64,000 bases of DNA from Lama guanicoe (Eukaryota): the NCBI GenBank assembly GCA_013239625.1, contig MU053561.1, forward strand, positions 1,659,818 to 1,723,817. Reading direction: 5' to 3'. A program made the position numbers and the translations under genes. The number at the start of each line of letters is the position of its first letter. The first letter of the stretch is position 1. This document shows positions 38,431 through 53,345 of this stretch, piece after piece. The notes beneath the pieces are model-generated. The model was not told the DNA's origin and searched no databases. It worked only from the letters and a program-made list of their open reading frames with translations.

Positions 38431-39751
38431 ATGAAAAAGTATTTGGATAACATTGCTGTGCTGTGGTCTTCCTTCTAATGTTGCTAATGAAAAGTTTGAT
38501 GTCAGTCTGATCCTTTTTCCTTTGTAGGTAATCTGGTTTTCTTTCCTGACATTTATTAGAGTTTTCTCTTTATAATTGATAACATAAGGCTATGTATAAG
38601 TATGGCTTTGTTTTATCATTGTCATTAAGTTCTAAAGAATTACAGTCTGGTTTTTGATCTCATCCTGAGTAAAATGACAATTCCTTACACTGGTCCATAA
38701 AGACTAAAAATATGGTTCTGGGCTGTTTCTGTCATCTCATCTCCTGCACCCCACAACACACACACTCTAGCCCACTCTCACTATTGGTCATCTACATAGA
38801 CCTGCTGGTTTTTTCCTCATATGCACCAATTTCACTTTAGTTTTTTACTCTGACTTCAGTTCCTAGAAGGTTTTGCTCTCACACGTCTGCCTGGTGGCTA
38901 CTCCTTGTTACTCAGTCCCCGATGGAAGGGCATTCCTGAAATAGGCTTTCTCTGACCTCCTAAACTAAGGAAGGCCCACAACAACACAGAGCACTCTGTA
39001 CCACTTCATCTAGCTTTATTTGCCTATTGACATGCTTATCTTCAAAAAAATAAGTTTATCTGCTTTATGTCTTACCTCCTCCTTCTCACTGGAATGTAAT
39101 CTCCATGCCAGCAGGGACCTAATCTAGTCTTGTTCTCTCTGCTCAGCACACAATAACCACACCTCACCCACAGTAGACTCTGAATATGTATTTGCTCAAG
39201 TAAATTATATCTTCAGATAGTATTTCTATTGATTTATCCTGATTATTATTAGATATATTTTGGAATTCCTAGTTTTTCCTCCACATATTTTAAAATTTCT
39301 TTCAGTTTTACCCCTTTGGGAATTCCAGCTTACTTTCCAACTAATACATTTCTTCAGTGGAGTCCAGGCTGCTATTGGAGTTTTGTTTCAACACTAACAT
39401 TTTAAATTAATCAATCCTCTAACTTCTTTTTAGAACTGCCTATTGTTGTTCTTATTTCATGTATGTAACATATTCCTTTATCTCACCAAGTATTAAAATG
39501 TTTTTAGAACGTATCATCTCTGTTACCTCCAGTATACATCTTTATGTTTGCTGACTGCTTTAGCTTTCTAACCAGTTACGTGCACACCCTCATATTTCCC
39601 TTTATATACCCCATAAGGCTTTTGAAACATCAGTAGTCTTTCTATATCAGTACATTTCTAAGAGTTAAACAGCCCTATAAGGCTTACAGTGTCATTTTAT
39701 TTATCTTAGTCTTCCTCATTTTATTCAACTCAACTCAAAGCAGCAAACATT

Positions 39752-41015
39752 ACACCATACACAAAAATCAACTCAAAATGGATCAAAGACTTAAACATAA
39801 GACAAGATACAATAAACCACCTAGAAGAAAATATAGGCAAACAGTATCTGACATACATCTTAAAAATGTTCTCGTAGAACAGTCTACTCAAGCAATAGAA
39901 ATAAAAGCAAGAGTAAACAAATGGGACCTAATGAAACTTACAAGTTTCTGCACAGCAAAGGAAACCATAAGTAAAACAAAAAGACAATCTACAGAATGGG
40001 AGAAAATTTTTGCAAATGAAACTGACAAAGGCTTGATCTCCAGAATATATAAGCAGCTCATATGACTTAATAAGAAACAACCAAAGAACACAATCCAAAG
40101 ATGGGCAAAAGACCTGGACAAGCAATTCTCCAAGGAAGACATACAAATGATCAATAAGCACATGAAAAAATGCTCAATATCACTAATTATCAGAGAAATG
40201 CAAATCAAAACTACAATGAGGTATCACCTCACACCAGGCAGAATGGCCATCATTCAAAAATCCACAAATGACAAATGCTGGAGAGGCTGTGGAGAAAGGG
40301 GAACCCTCCTAACTGCTGGTGGGAATGCAGTTTGGTGCAGCCACTGTGGAAAATAGTATGGCGATTCCTCAAAAGACTAGGAGTAGACTTACCGTATGAA
40401 CCAGGAATCCCACTCTTGGGCATATATCCAGAAGGAACCCTACTTCAGGATGACACCTGCACCCCAATGTTCATAGCAGCACTATTTACAATAGCCAAGA
40501 CATGGAAACAGCCTAAATGTCCATCAACGGATGACTGGATAAAGAAAAGGTGGTATATCTATGCAATGGAATACTACTCAGCCATAAAAACAGACAACAT
40601 AATGCCATTTGCAGCAACATGGATGCTCCTGGAGAATGTCATTTTAAGTGAAGTAAGCCAGAAAGAAAAATAAAAATACCGTATGAGATAGCTCATATGT
40701 GGAATCTAAAAAACAAAAACAAAAAAACAAAGCATAAATACAAAACAGAAATAGACTCATAGACATAGAATACAAACTTGTGGTTGCCAAGGGGGCGGAG
40801 GGTGGGAAGGGATAGACGGGATTTCAAAATTGTAGAATAGATAAACAAGATTATAGTGTATAGTACAGGGAAATATACACAAGATCTTAGGGTAGCTCAC
40901 AGAGGAAAAAAATGTGACTATGTATGTTCATGTATGACTGAAAAATTGTGCTCTACACCGGAATTTGAGGCAACATTGTAAAGTGACTATAAATCAATAA
41001 AAAATGTTTAAAAAA
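39752..41015 (+). mobile_element. 5'-truncated L1, about 1.26 kb, sense to SPAG17
   Basis: ORF2 C-terminal peptides ([56 protein letters not shown]); perfect 15-bp TSD AAAGCAGCAAACATT at 39737-39751 and 41016-41030. Confidence 0.97.
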
Positions 41016-41344
41016 AAAGCAGCAAACATTTTTAACCATCTACTATTTTCCAGGCACCAAAGGGGACAATTGATATGCTCAGTGCCTGAGGGCTCCAATA
41101 ATAGATACATGTTGGCTGAATATATGCTTAAGAATAGAGGGATGAAAAATTGAAATATAAGAGAAATTGGGTGGGATTTTATAGGAAAGGATAGTAGAAT
41201 GTAATATTTCAGAGATGGAACAGTTCTGCATGGTCTTTTGTGATTGGAGTGTGTCCAAGAGATGGTAAAGATAGCAAGTAGAGACAGGAATGATTCTTTA
41301 AAAGTAGGGTGTTGACAAATGGTAAAGAGTACAAGACAATTTTG

Positions 41345-41546
41345 TTATTGTTCTCAACAGGGGGGTTTGCCTCCCAGGGGACATTTGGCAATGTCAAGGT
41401 ATTTTTGGTTGCCACATTGGGAGGGGTTCTGGCATCAAGTGGGTAGAGGCCAGGGATATTGCTAAACATTCTATTGTGCACAAGATAGCCCCCATGACCA
41501 AAATCATATGATCCAAAATGTCTTGTTTCAAGGTTGAGATATCCTG
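41345..41546. mobile_element. MER20 DNA transposon
   Basis: ttctcaacagggggg...ccaggggacatttggcaatgtc...gggtagaggccagggatattgctaaacattc...aggttgagatatcctg. Confidence 0.85.
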
Positions 41547-41769
41547 TAGAGGGATGTGAAATCACAGAGAGTGATTTCAGTATTTAAGATGAAGAGAAAA
41601 ATTATAAATTAGGTGCCCATCTCGATGACATTCAACTTCTTTTGTTTACCATGTAAAATGAACAAGGCATTTAATCTTTCTAGACGTCACTTTCCTCCTA
41701 TAAAGGAGAATGTTACCCTTTACTGATCTCACCATCTGTAACTTTTCTGTCTTGAGGACTTAACCTGAA

Positions 41770-41955
41770 CCCTAGTTCTTCCCACTAAGTAGTCTTGGGC
41801 TTGGGTCCATCACCTAATTTCACTCCTTAGTTCCATTTCTGTAAAGTAGAAGATAATTTCTACTCAGCAGTATTGGTGTGAGGCCTAAATGAGGTAGTGT
41901 ATGTGAGGATGCCCCACATAGTGCTTGACTTATGGGCACTCAGTAGATGCTTATT
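41770..41955 (+). mobile_element. MIR SINE
   Basis: ctgtaaagtagaagataatttctac...gtgtgaggcctaaatgagg...gcactcagtagatg. Confidence 0.7.
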
Positions 41956-42265
41956 GACTCCAAAATGTGACAGCACAGTTTTGAATGCTTGAAGAGAAAA
42001 TCATTAAGAAAAATTATATTAATAGTATTATTTTGATTTCCACCATGGTCAGTTTTCTTGTTTACCATTTGTATTTTATGTTGTCTAATGCATGTATTAA
42101 AATGATATATCCTGTAACGTATTGATCATAAACATTTTTCCTTTTACTTGGGCATTTGTTGGTGATTATCCTGGCACTTTGTGTAATCACTATCCTTTCT
42201 TGGTAGAAATTGCCTCGTTTTTTACTAAGAACAAGGGAAATACACGAGTATCAGTAAAGAGCTGA

Positions 42266-42656
<391 letters not shown>

Positions 42657-42684
42657 TAAATCAATATTATTTTAATTTGAATAG

Positions 42685-42897
<213 letters not shown>

Positions 42898-43230
42898 TAA
42901 AAGTAATACACCGAGTGGATACCCACTTGCAAAATGAGAGCTCAGAAAATGGAAATGGATAAGAGAAATTACGCCAGCAAAGAAAACTGGCCTAAGCAGA
43001 TTTAATGGTCCAGTTAACCATTAAATTGATTGTGGCTACACCAAATTTGCATGAAAACCTTATAGTTTAATTTACTTTATATATCTGCTAATATGAAAAA
43101 AACTAGCAGAGGCCAGAAAAGGATCTCAGAAGGGAGAGATGAATATATTTGAGACTTTGGCAGGCTGTCACTCTGAATGAGGGAGCCGTCATTTCTGTGC
43201 ACCAAGAACCTCTGGCAAAGTGAGAACTAG

Positions 43231-43644
<414 letters not shown>

Positions 43645-43812
43645 TGAAAAACCTCGCAGAGGCTGAGCTGGGTGTTTTGACTAACTATAATTTTCTTATC
43701 TTGAATAATGACTTCTTTCTTCCTCTTCCTGGCCTCCCAACCCCACATCCCTCATTGACATCACTGGAGATGAGTGGGGAAATCTCTCCACCCTGGTGAA
43801 TAGGGGAGATTA

Positions 43813-43831
43813 GAGCGCCCCCTGTGGGCTG
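43813..43831 (-). promoter_or_regulatory. Candidate CTCF site
   Basis: Minus strand CAGCCCACAGGGGGCGCTC vs consensus TGGCCACCAGGGGGCGCTA; motif match only, no occupancy data. Confidence 0.6.
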
Positions 43832-44779
43832 TTGCTGAGAGTGTTGATTCTAGTGAACCTCCTCTCAACGTAGGAAGGGCCATTTTCTGCTCTTGAGGAC
43901 AGTGGAAAGAGGGGTCATTAAGGATAGCTAAAATCGTCTTCTCATTGCGGAGGTCACTGGGATTTTGTGACCTGGACAGTCAGTTCCTAAAACAAATCCT
44001 ATTTTCACTTGAGGCAGTGTGCAGACACATTCCTGCTTACAAGAAGAAACATGAGACATCTTGATTTGACTGAGAAAAGAGAAAACATGTGCAGATTCTC
44101 CTCATTTCATTTCTAACTCTAAGCAAATTATGAAATATTTTTATCTTGATTTCTCCTTTGATTTTTTTTTTCATTCAGGGTAGACATAGAAAAAGCCAAA
44201 ACGTTTAACCTGGTTATGCCATCACCTCAAGGAAATGTGGGTTGCAGCCTAATGGGCCTGGGCATGTCATGTCTGCTGTTCACATAGCATCGAACTGATG
44301 TCCTGAGTACACGTGGCTCTTACCTGAATCCTGCCCCCTCCTCTTCTCCTGCCTTGTGATATGATTTCATTCTCTCTCATTTCACCTCAGGTCTACACAC
44401 AGTCCAGGAGTCTTGTTTTTTTATATGAACAAGTACATTTGTTGAATCATTTTTTTTTACAGTAGCAAAACACTGGAAACAAATTGAATGTCCATCAAAA
44501 GTTCTCGTTAAAATATCAGACATCCAGGTGGTACAAGATGAACAGCAATGAGGCACACCTATATCATGATATGGAACAGTTTCCAAGATAATTGAGTTTA
44601 AAAAAAAAAAAGAAAAGGAAAAGAAACAAAGGATAAGAGGAGCATGATTAGTATGCTGACATCTGCTTTTGTCTTTTGTAGGAAAATATGTACATATATT
44701 CTTTTTTATGCAATTTTTAAAGGTGATACTCCACTTGCAGTTATTGCAAAATATTGGTGACAGTCCTCGTGTTGTATAC

Positions 44780-45720
44780 TACACAGGATTCTTGTTTTTG
44801 CTGGCACCATTGAAACTTCCCGCCTATCCTGCTCGCCTGTCCCATCCCAAGCCCTTGTCCCTCCACCTCGCCTTCCAATTTTCCCTTTCCTCAGGCTTAA
44901 CAGATCCCAAACCAAACTCTTGATTCCCCTGAAATTTGTCCCTTCACAGTTCTCCTTATTTCAGTAAATGGCAACTATTTGCTACCAAAACCTTAGTTCT
45001 TCTTTTTTTCTTATGCCCCACAGCCAGTCTCACCACATCCCTTACTACCATCCCGGCCCGTCCACCATCACCTCTCACTCGGACTATTTCAGTAGCTTTC
45101 CAGTTGGTCTACAGGCTTTTTACCTACAGTCTTTGCTTTGCACCGTCATGGGAATGGCCCTCCTAAAATTAGTGAGTCAGATTATGAGCCTTCTTACTTC
45201 TTAGATCAAAGCCCTCTAGTGAGTCCCAATTTCCCAAAGTTGAAATCTAAACTTTTCTGCCACCCACTTTTTGAGCTCATCCTCTGTCAAGCTCTCATTG
45301 TTCCCCTGCCTTCTGTCAGTACCTGCCTCACTGTGGTTCCTTGAGCAAGGCCATCACACCCCTGCCTCAGTCTCTGACTCGCTGCTTTTCTTGCCTCGAT
45401 CACTTTTCTCCCAGATACCCATCTGACCCCCTACCTTCTTTCCCATTTTTGCTTTACTTGTTCAGAGGGCTCTTCTCTGACTACCTTTTAAAAATAGAAG
45501 CCTCTCCCCAACTGTTCTCACTTTTTATCCCCTCACCTGGCTTTATTCTTATCATCTCTGGTACAGTGTACACTTAACCCTTCACTGTCTCCAGCTGCTA
45601 CAATGAAGGCTCCATGAGATCATCAGTTCACTGATTTGTTTACTGCTGTGGCCCCAGCTTTTATTAAGGTCACCGACAACTAGTCGGTGCTCAAAAAATA
45701 TTTGTGAAATGAATGAATGA
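44780..45720 (+). mobile_element. L2a-like 3' fragment
   Basis: caccatcacctctcactcggactatttcagtagc...ends ggtgctcaaaaaatatttgtgaaatgaatgaatga (L2 tail). Confidence 0.8.
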
Positions 45721-46563
45721 GCAAACTTTCCTTAATCCTGTAATTTTTTACCTTTTTCTTGTCTCTCTTCTGAATTTCCCATGGCTTTTCCAAAAGGAAC
45801 CCCTCCTACTGCCCTCATCTCTGTTGGAGAGAAAGTGGAGGTGTCCTGTGATTCATCGACCTGCCACAAACATTTCATTTTTCCTCAGTGAAATTCCATC
45901 ATTATTTGTTAACTCCTACCTCCCACCTCTCTGTCTTAAACTTCTAAAGTGCAGGAAACAGATCTTTTCTTTGACTCTCAGGCATCTATGGCAAAGCCTA
46001 ACACACCAAAGACAAAGAGTAAGTGACTGTATGAATAAATGCTATAGAAGAATAAGTACACAAATTAATAGAGCCCCTGGAAGGCTGATAACCTTTGAAG
46101 TAAAATTATGAAAAGCATTGTGCCAGTTCATTGGGTGGAAAGAGGACTTTTCTGAGCTTGAGTGAACGGAAAAGCCTATTGAATATAACAGCCTATGTTA
46201 GACACAAGTGAGTAATTTTTCTGTTTTAAATTACAACAGCAGCAAAAGACACTTTTGCTTAAAAATGACAAATTTTCAGCATATTCAACCAATATGTTAT
46301 CCTGGAAAGTCCAGGTAAATTAATTGGGACACCTAATATTCATTAAACTGTGAAGCAGTTTGTGGCATTATCTTGATAAATTATGTCTTGATGGTGTAGC
46401 TTTCTTATTAGTTACCTTTGATATTTGTGGCAGAATTGTGGAGCCCATGTTTAAAGTCAGGTCAACACCCATTATAGAGTGACTCCTTTGTCATTCTGGT
46501 GGACTGACCCCCGGTCACCCCTCTGTCAGCCCTGAACCAGGTGGTAATAAAGAGCGTTCCTAG

Positions 46564-46908
<345 letters not shown>

Positions 46909-46911
46909 TAG

Positions 46912-47130
46912 ATAATGAAGCCAAAGACAGAGTTTTATTTCTGGATCAGAATTTGTTGACGTCTGCACAAGATGACATGGTCAACAAAGAACCTTCAGAT
47001 CCTAGCCAGCCTGATACTAACAATCTGAAGCATTCTGACCTGGATAATAAGAAATCCTTAGACTCTGATAATAGAGAAACGTCACAGCAGGAGAGCAGCT
47101 TGAGGTCTCAGCTCCATACTGAGCCTTTGG
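46912..47130 (+). CDS. SPAG17: SPAG17 probable exon 15 (219 nt, phase 1/1)
   Basis: cactgcctag|AT...TTGG|gtaagt; DNEAKDRVLFLDQNLL...EPSDPSQPDTNNLKHSDLDN...HTEPL. Confidence 0.9.
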
Positions 47131-47329
47131 GTAAGTAAACATGTATGTGTGTATGCACACACACATGTGTGTATAGACACTATTATAGAATTATAAACCA
47201 AAAAAATTCAAGATGCATTATTTAAATGTAAATGCCTCCCTAATTCAACTGAAAAACTGTTTAATATCTAAATTATTTGGTTAATTAAGCTTTGTTACTG
47301 AGTATTGTTATTCAGTAAGTCCTCATTTT

Positions 47330-48085
47330 ATCTTTTTTATTGAAATATAGTTGACTTACAGTGTTTCAGGTATAGTAAAGTGATTCATTTATATATATAT
47401 ATATAAAATTTTATATATATAAAATTTTTCAGATAACCTATAATGGAGAAGAATTACCAGATTTTGAATATAGTTCCTGTGCTGTACAGTAGGACCTTGT
47501 TTTTCATCTGTTTTGTGATACTAGTGTATATCTGCTAATCCCAAACTCCTAATTTAACCCTCCCCCCACCCTCCCCTTCGGTAATCATAAATTTTTTTGC
47601 TATGTGAGTCTTTTTCTGTTTTTTGTAAGTAAGTTCTTTTGTGCCATTTTTTTAGATTCCACATGTAAGTGATATCATATTTGTCTTTCTCTGTCTGACT
47701 TACTTAACTTAGTATGATAATCTCTAGGCCCATCCATGTTGCTGTGAATGGCATTATTTCATTCTTTTTTGTGGCTGAGCAATATATTCCATTGTATATA
47801 TACCACATCTTCTTTATTCATCTGTTGATGGACATTTAGGTTGCTTCCATTTCTTGGCTGTTGTAAATAGTGCTACTATGAACACAGGGGTGCAGGTATC
47901 TTTTTGAATTAGAGTTTTCATCTTTTCTGGATATATGCCCAAGAGCAGGACTGCTGGATCATATGGTAATTCTATTTTTAGCTTTTCAAGGAATCTCCAT
48001 AGTGGCTGCAGTAATTTACATTCCTACCAACAATGTAGGAGGGTTTCCTTTTCTCCACACCGTCTCCAGCATTTATATTTGTAGG
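47330..48085 (-). mobile_element. 5'-truncated L1 3' end
   Basis: tttattgaaatatagttgacttacag...ttttctccacaccgtctccagcattta; degenerate TSD gtaagtcctcatttt (47315-47329) / gtaagtcttctttat (48086-48100). Confidence 0.92.
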
Positions 48086-49019
48086 GTAAGTCTTCTTTAT
48101 TTCAGCCCTTGTTTTTTAAAATATCATAAGGCCTCTTAGTCCACTCTTACCTTCATAAATATAGTACAGTGAGCATAATTAAAACTTTCATCATCAGTAT
48201 TTCACAGGGTTATTGTGATTATATCAAAAATTATTTTTAAAATTACCTGCAATAACATAATGAACTGCCCAGTCAGTGCTCAGTGAACATCAGTTTCCTT
48301 TCTTCCTCCATATGGCTCAGCTGATTACTCTCATCCTAGAATAAAGCATCATAAATATTGTTACATTAGAAGGTATAGATGCATAGAAGAATATTAGGCT
48401 AAATTTTTATTGAGCTATCTTACACATAGCTGTCAGATTAATTACTTAAAATACAGTGCTGTTATTTCTCTAAGTATAACCTGCAGTGGCTCCCTACTAC
48501 CTGCAAAACGGAGTCCACTCCTTGGCCTGCTTTACATGCTTCTTCAGTAGTTCCAAATTACTTTGCCAAAACCCTTTCCACTTTTTCCCTTTTGCTCACT
48601 TATCCCATGCTCTAGCCAAACAGAATGAAGCCCTCTTTCCTCTGGGCAGGCTCCTCTCTTCAATCTCTGTGATTCTGCCCCCTTGATACTTTTCACCTTG
48701 AGTTCCCTTTTTGGTCATGATTAGGTTTCACTGGCATCTCCATGAAGCCTTGTCAGAGGTGTGCATTTGGTAACGCCTCCCTTAGCATTCCCATGCTCAT
48801 AACTAATCTACACTTCCTTTCTGGCATCAGTGACCATTTCCTACCATTTATTACGATTACCCATATGCCTTAATACTGTAGCTTTTTATAGGGCATAAGT
48901 ATGTTTATTTCAAAAATATTAATTACATACTGCATCATAAAATAAGTCTCAACAAAATGTTCACATACCAAAACGTTCGAGTCTGTTCTCAAACTACAAA
49001 GCAGTTATGGAAATTTTAG

Positions 49020-50240
49020 GTGCAATAGGAAGAACAAATAATGCAAAAGTTTGGGTCTTTGAAGACTTCTAAAATTGAGAAATTTTTTATGAAAGATAAT
49101 GACAAAGAAGAAGCATGAATAACGACATCAGGAAAAAAAAGTCATTAGGAGTAAAGAAATGGACTTAACTTGATCTTATAGAAATTTAAAAGATAGTAAA
49201 AGGATATATAAACAACTTATTCCACTAAGTCTAAAAATAAAATGAGAAAATGACTAGAAATGTATAACTTAACAACATTCACTCAAGAAGAAATAGGAAA
49301 TCTGAATAGTCTTGGAACTATTTAAATAAATTAAATCAATCATTAAAAATCTTCCCAAATAGTACATGCCAAACTCAGATAATCTCATTGACTAGTGATA
49401 TTAAACACTCAAAAAATAAACAGTTAACAAGATAAATCTTAACAAAAATTAATTCCAGGAAATAAAACAGGGTATCCTTTCCTACTCATAAAGGTAATGT
49501 AAGCCTTGTAATAAAACTGTCAAGAATAACAAAATAAAAACAAAAGAAAATTATAAATGAAACTTATTCATGAATATATATACCAAAATCCTACAAAACA
49601 TAAGCAAACTGATTTAGCAATATACAAAATGATAATAATCAAAAACAAGTTTTTATAATAGGAATAGAAGGAAAAACATACATAAAAATCAATATAATTT
49701 ATCAATTAACACACTGAGAAAATACATAATCTCAACAGATACAGAAAAAGCACTTAAAATTCTATAGCAATTTATGGAAAACAATTTAGGGAAATTAGCA
49801 GTAGAAAGAAAGTTTCTCTACCAGAGAGGTTATTTTTTAAATTACTATAATAAACATTATATATTAAGATGAAAAGTTGAAAGATTTCCCTTGATCAAGA
49901 GGCTATCCACTATAAACACTCACATTCAGGATCACATTGAAGATGCCAGCCAACTCAGTAAGACAAGAAAAAAGAGATAAAATTATAACGGTTGAAAAGG
50001 AAGAAACAAAACTGTTAGTATTTGTAAATACTGTGTATGTCGCGAACCCAAAATAATCCACACACAAAAAAATCAGGAATAATATGAAAGTTTAATAAAA
50101 ATAAAAAAAAGTATAGTAGTGAGAGAACACACATAAGGTGTCTGGAGTGCTGGGACTTTTATGATTCATTATACCAAACATTTATATATTCGTTGCACTT
50201 TTCTGTGTTGTTACATTTCATTTTAAAAAGCATTTAAAAA
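49020..50240 (+). mobile_element. Old, heavily decayed L1 (L1M-type) ORF2 fragments
   Basis: A-rich; actcaagaagaaataggaaatctgaatagtc; aatctcaacagatacagaaaaagcac; cagtaagacaagaaaaaagagataaa. Confidence 0.8.
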
Positions 50241-50424
50241 ATGGTCAGTGCCATAAAAGAACAGGTGTTAAGTCAATATTGACTAAATAGTCATCTTACC
50301 ATTTTCATTTATTTAAGTGAGGGTAGAAGAGGAAGTCATCAATGGAGTGGACTTAGAGAAAATCTGCTTGTCTGTTAGCAGAGCAGATAAGTGAGGGTGA
50401 GGGGGACAGAGGAGGGAAGGAGAT

Positions 50425-50660
50425 AACGTTTATTTAATATTGCCTCCTATATTCCAAGCACTATGCTAAGATATTTTGCGTATATTGACTAATACTTTAT
50501 GTAAACATCAAGCCTATAAGGGAGCTACTGTTAGCCTAATACTGAAGACAAGGAAAGAAAGACTCAGAGGGGTTAAGTAATTTGTTCAACCACATACAAG
50601 TAGGAGGTCAGGATCCCAACAGAGAGCTGTCTAACTCCAAACCAGTGCTTCCTCCACTGT
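50425..50660 (-). mobile_element. MIR SINE
   Basis: ccaagcactatgctaag...gactcagagggggttaagtaatttgttcaa...tgtctaactccaaa. Confidence 0.75.
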
Positions 50661-51029
50661 GTCTTCTGGCTTCCTCAGTTCCAGAAATTGTTGTGCTGCA
50701 TCTAATGGTTTAGGCATATTCATAGTTTCTTTTTCATGCTGATAGCCTAATTTGGTTGCCTTTGAATCTTTCTTTCCTTCTTCTTTCCTCCTCTTCCTTC
50801 CTTCCTTCCTCCCTCCCTTCCATTAGGGCAGATTCCCTATTTCTCTGTTCTAAGTACCCTTACTTACCTACTAGTCTGTCTCACAAAAAATTAAGCCAAA
50901 TAAGTTAACCTGAGATGTTATGGTGTTAGTAAGTCCTGTGAGGATATAAATGTATGACAAAGAATTCTCTTTGAGTTAATGTAGAGCCAGAATAAGCCAG
51001 GAGAGATATAAATATAAGACCTGAGGAGC

Positions 51030-51465
51030 TTTTTTTTTTTTTATTGAAGTATAATCAGTTACAGTGTGTCAATTTCTGGTGTACAGCATAATGTCCCAGT
51101 CATGCATACATATACATGTATTTGTTTTCGTATTCTTTTTCATTAAAAGTTATTACAAGTTATTGAATATAGTTCCCTGTGCTAGACAGAAGAAATTTGT
51201 TTTTATCAATTTTTATATATAGTGATTAACACTTGCAAATCTCAAATGCCGAAACTTATCCCTTCCTGCCCCCTTTGCCCTGGTAACCATGATTGTTTAC
51301 TATGTCTGAGAGTCTGTTTCTTTTGTAGATGAGTTCATTAGTATCCTCTTTTTTTCATTTTTTTTTTTTAGATTCCACATATGAATGATATCATATGGTA
51401 TTTTTCTTTCTTTCTGGTTTACTTCACTTAGAATAATGATCTCCAGGTCCATCCATGTTGCTGCA
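51030..51465 (-). mobile_element. L1 3' end
   Basis: poly-T, attgaagtataatcagttacag...gatctccaggtccatccatgttgctgca; minus ORF AATWMDLEIIILSEV. Confidence 0.92.
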
Positions 51466-51573
51466 GAATTTTTGTTTTGTTTGTTTGTTGTGTGGAAAGG
51501 TGGTCTTATTTTGCTTTGTTTTTGTTTTGTTCTGTCTTTTAGAACAGTTGGTATATAGTTTTCCTCAGGCAAC

Positions 51574-51592
51574 TTTTGCCACCTGGTGGTCA
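51574..51592 (-). promoter_or_regulatory. Candidate CTCF site
   Basis: Minus strand TGACCACCAGGTGGCAAAA containing an exact CCACCAGGTGGCA core; motif match only. Confidence 0.65.
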
Positions 51593-52959
51593 AACCCCAT
51601 AAATTGGCATTCTGGATCCTGGTGCAAAGTAAATGTTTATAGCAACTCCCTAAATCATCAGGACTGAAAATGCTATAAAATATCCTAGAGGCCAAGCAAT
51701 CTTAAGAGCTGAACCCACAGTCTGTAAGGGATTCTGCTGGGTGTATGCTGGCCCACATCAAGGAGCTGTTACATTTGGATGAGGGAGGGTAGCTGAGGCT
51801 TGGTACCTCACTGAGGCTGTTATATATAAGGGAATTTTTTGTTGTTGTTGCTAATCTTTTTTTTTTTTGCATTTTCCCCCTAACTCTGAGTCACACTTCT
51901 AAAGCAGCCACTTTAAATCTCTTTAAACAAAGCAGAAATTGTTCCTGTGTTTCCTGCACACCCCTCTTAGCATCAAATACATATAAAAGCCTGTTCCTGG
52001 ACATGAAGGGCTGAATATTTGTGCTTTTCTCAACCAAACACTAGATTTCCATCTGAGACTGGTTTTGAACTTGACAGGGCCTATTGGATATTTATGAAAA
52101 AGCTGAGAGTTGATAACCGTGAGGCTATAGGTTTAGATGTGCCCTTTATGCTTGTTGGGTGTTTTTTTAATAAAGTCACTGCTTTGCAGAGGGATCTTGT
52201 TATCTCTAAAGTAAAACAGATTAGGAAAGCTGTTTTTCAAAGGGATGAGAATGCATGCATTTCCAGATGTGTCAAAAACTACTGAATCACACTGTCAAAG
52301 GATTATGCGGTCGAGGAAATCAGAAAGAAAGTTTAAAAAAAAAATGACTTCTACTCTACCATTAAATAAAGAGTTCAGATTAGTCTTAGACTGTTCTTTC
52401 CTTTGACAGAATAACCAATGCACAATTTTTTAGAACATATTTTCTAAACTGGAGACACACGAGGGAATATCACATCTCCCAGAAATCTGGCAGCCCATAG
52501 AACAGAATAATTTTTATTCCACAGATTTCATATCAGTTGCTTCAAGGACACATGGGACATCATGGTCTATTTAGAGTTAGAGTTGGCCTGAGTTTTCTCT
52601 TGAGTGGCTGTGTTTATATGAATACTGAACTGAACTGACTTTATATAGTTTTTCTCTAAATCAAAATGGGACATTCTTGCTGTCCCCTTCACCAGCCCAA
52701 AGTGAGATGGAACTAGTAGCAAAAATATAAGTAGCTATGCTCCTAAAAGAAAGGAAAACATTGACCTATCTTGCTTGGACGTAATTGACTACTCCCTGCA
52801 GTAGCCCAGATACGGATCTCTTTGCCACAGAATGAAATCTTGAATCTTAAGCTTGCCCCAAATAAGCGTTTGTTGTAGTTCTTACACGTTTCTGCTGTCT
52901 CTCTCTCTGCCTCGATATTTATTTCAATATATGATGTAAATTTCTCTCAATCAAAAAAA

Positions 52960-53345
52960 TTTTTACCGAGTTTCTCCCATGTGTTGGGTGCTCAGAGTAC
53001 CGTTAGGAAAGATAAGATGAAGTTCTTACTCTCCAGGAATTCATATGTGAGATGGATAGACATCAACAAGTATTATTAGGCACTGATAAGTGCTATGATT
53101 ACAAATAAAGCTGGATAAGAGGCAGAGGCTCTTGAGGAGGTGACATTTGAGCAATAATATGAATGAAGTAAGGGCTGGAAAGAGGTGACTATGTAAAAGC
53201 AAAGCATGCCAGACAGAGAGAAAAGCAAGTTCAAAAACTTCAGGACACAACAAGCAAGCCAGTGAGCCTGGAGTGGAAAGAGCAAGGGAGAGTGGCAGGA
53301 GATGTGTTTGGGACTTAGGCTGGAGCCGTTTCCTCTATGACCTTG
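52960..53345 (-). mobile_element. L2 fragment
   Basis: gaggaggtgacatttgagc...agagagaaaagcaagttcaaaaacttcagg...ccagtgagcctggagtgg. Confidence 0.7.
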
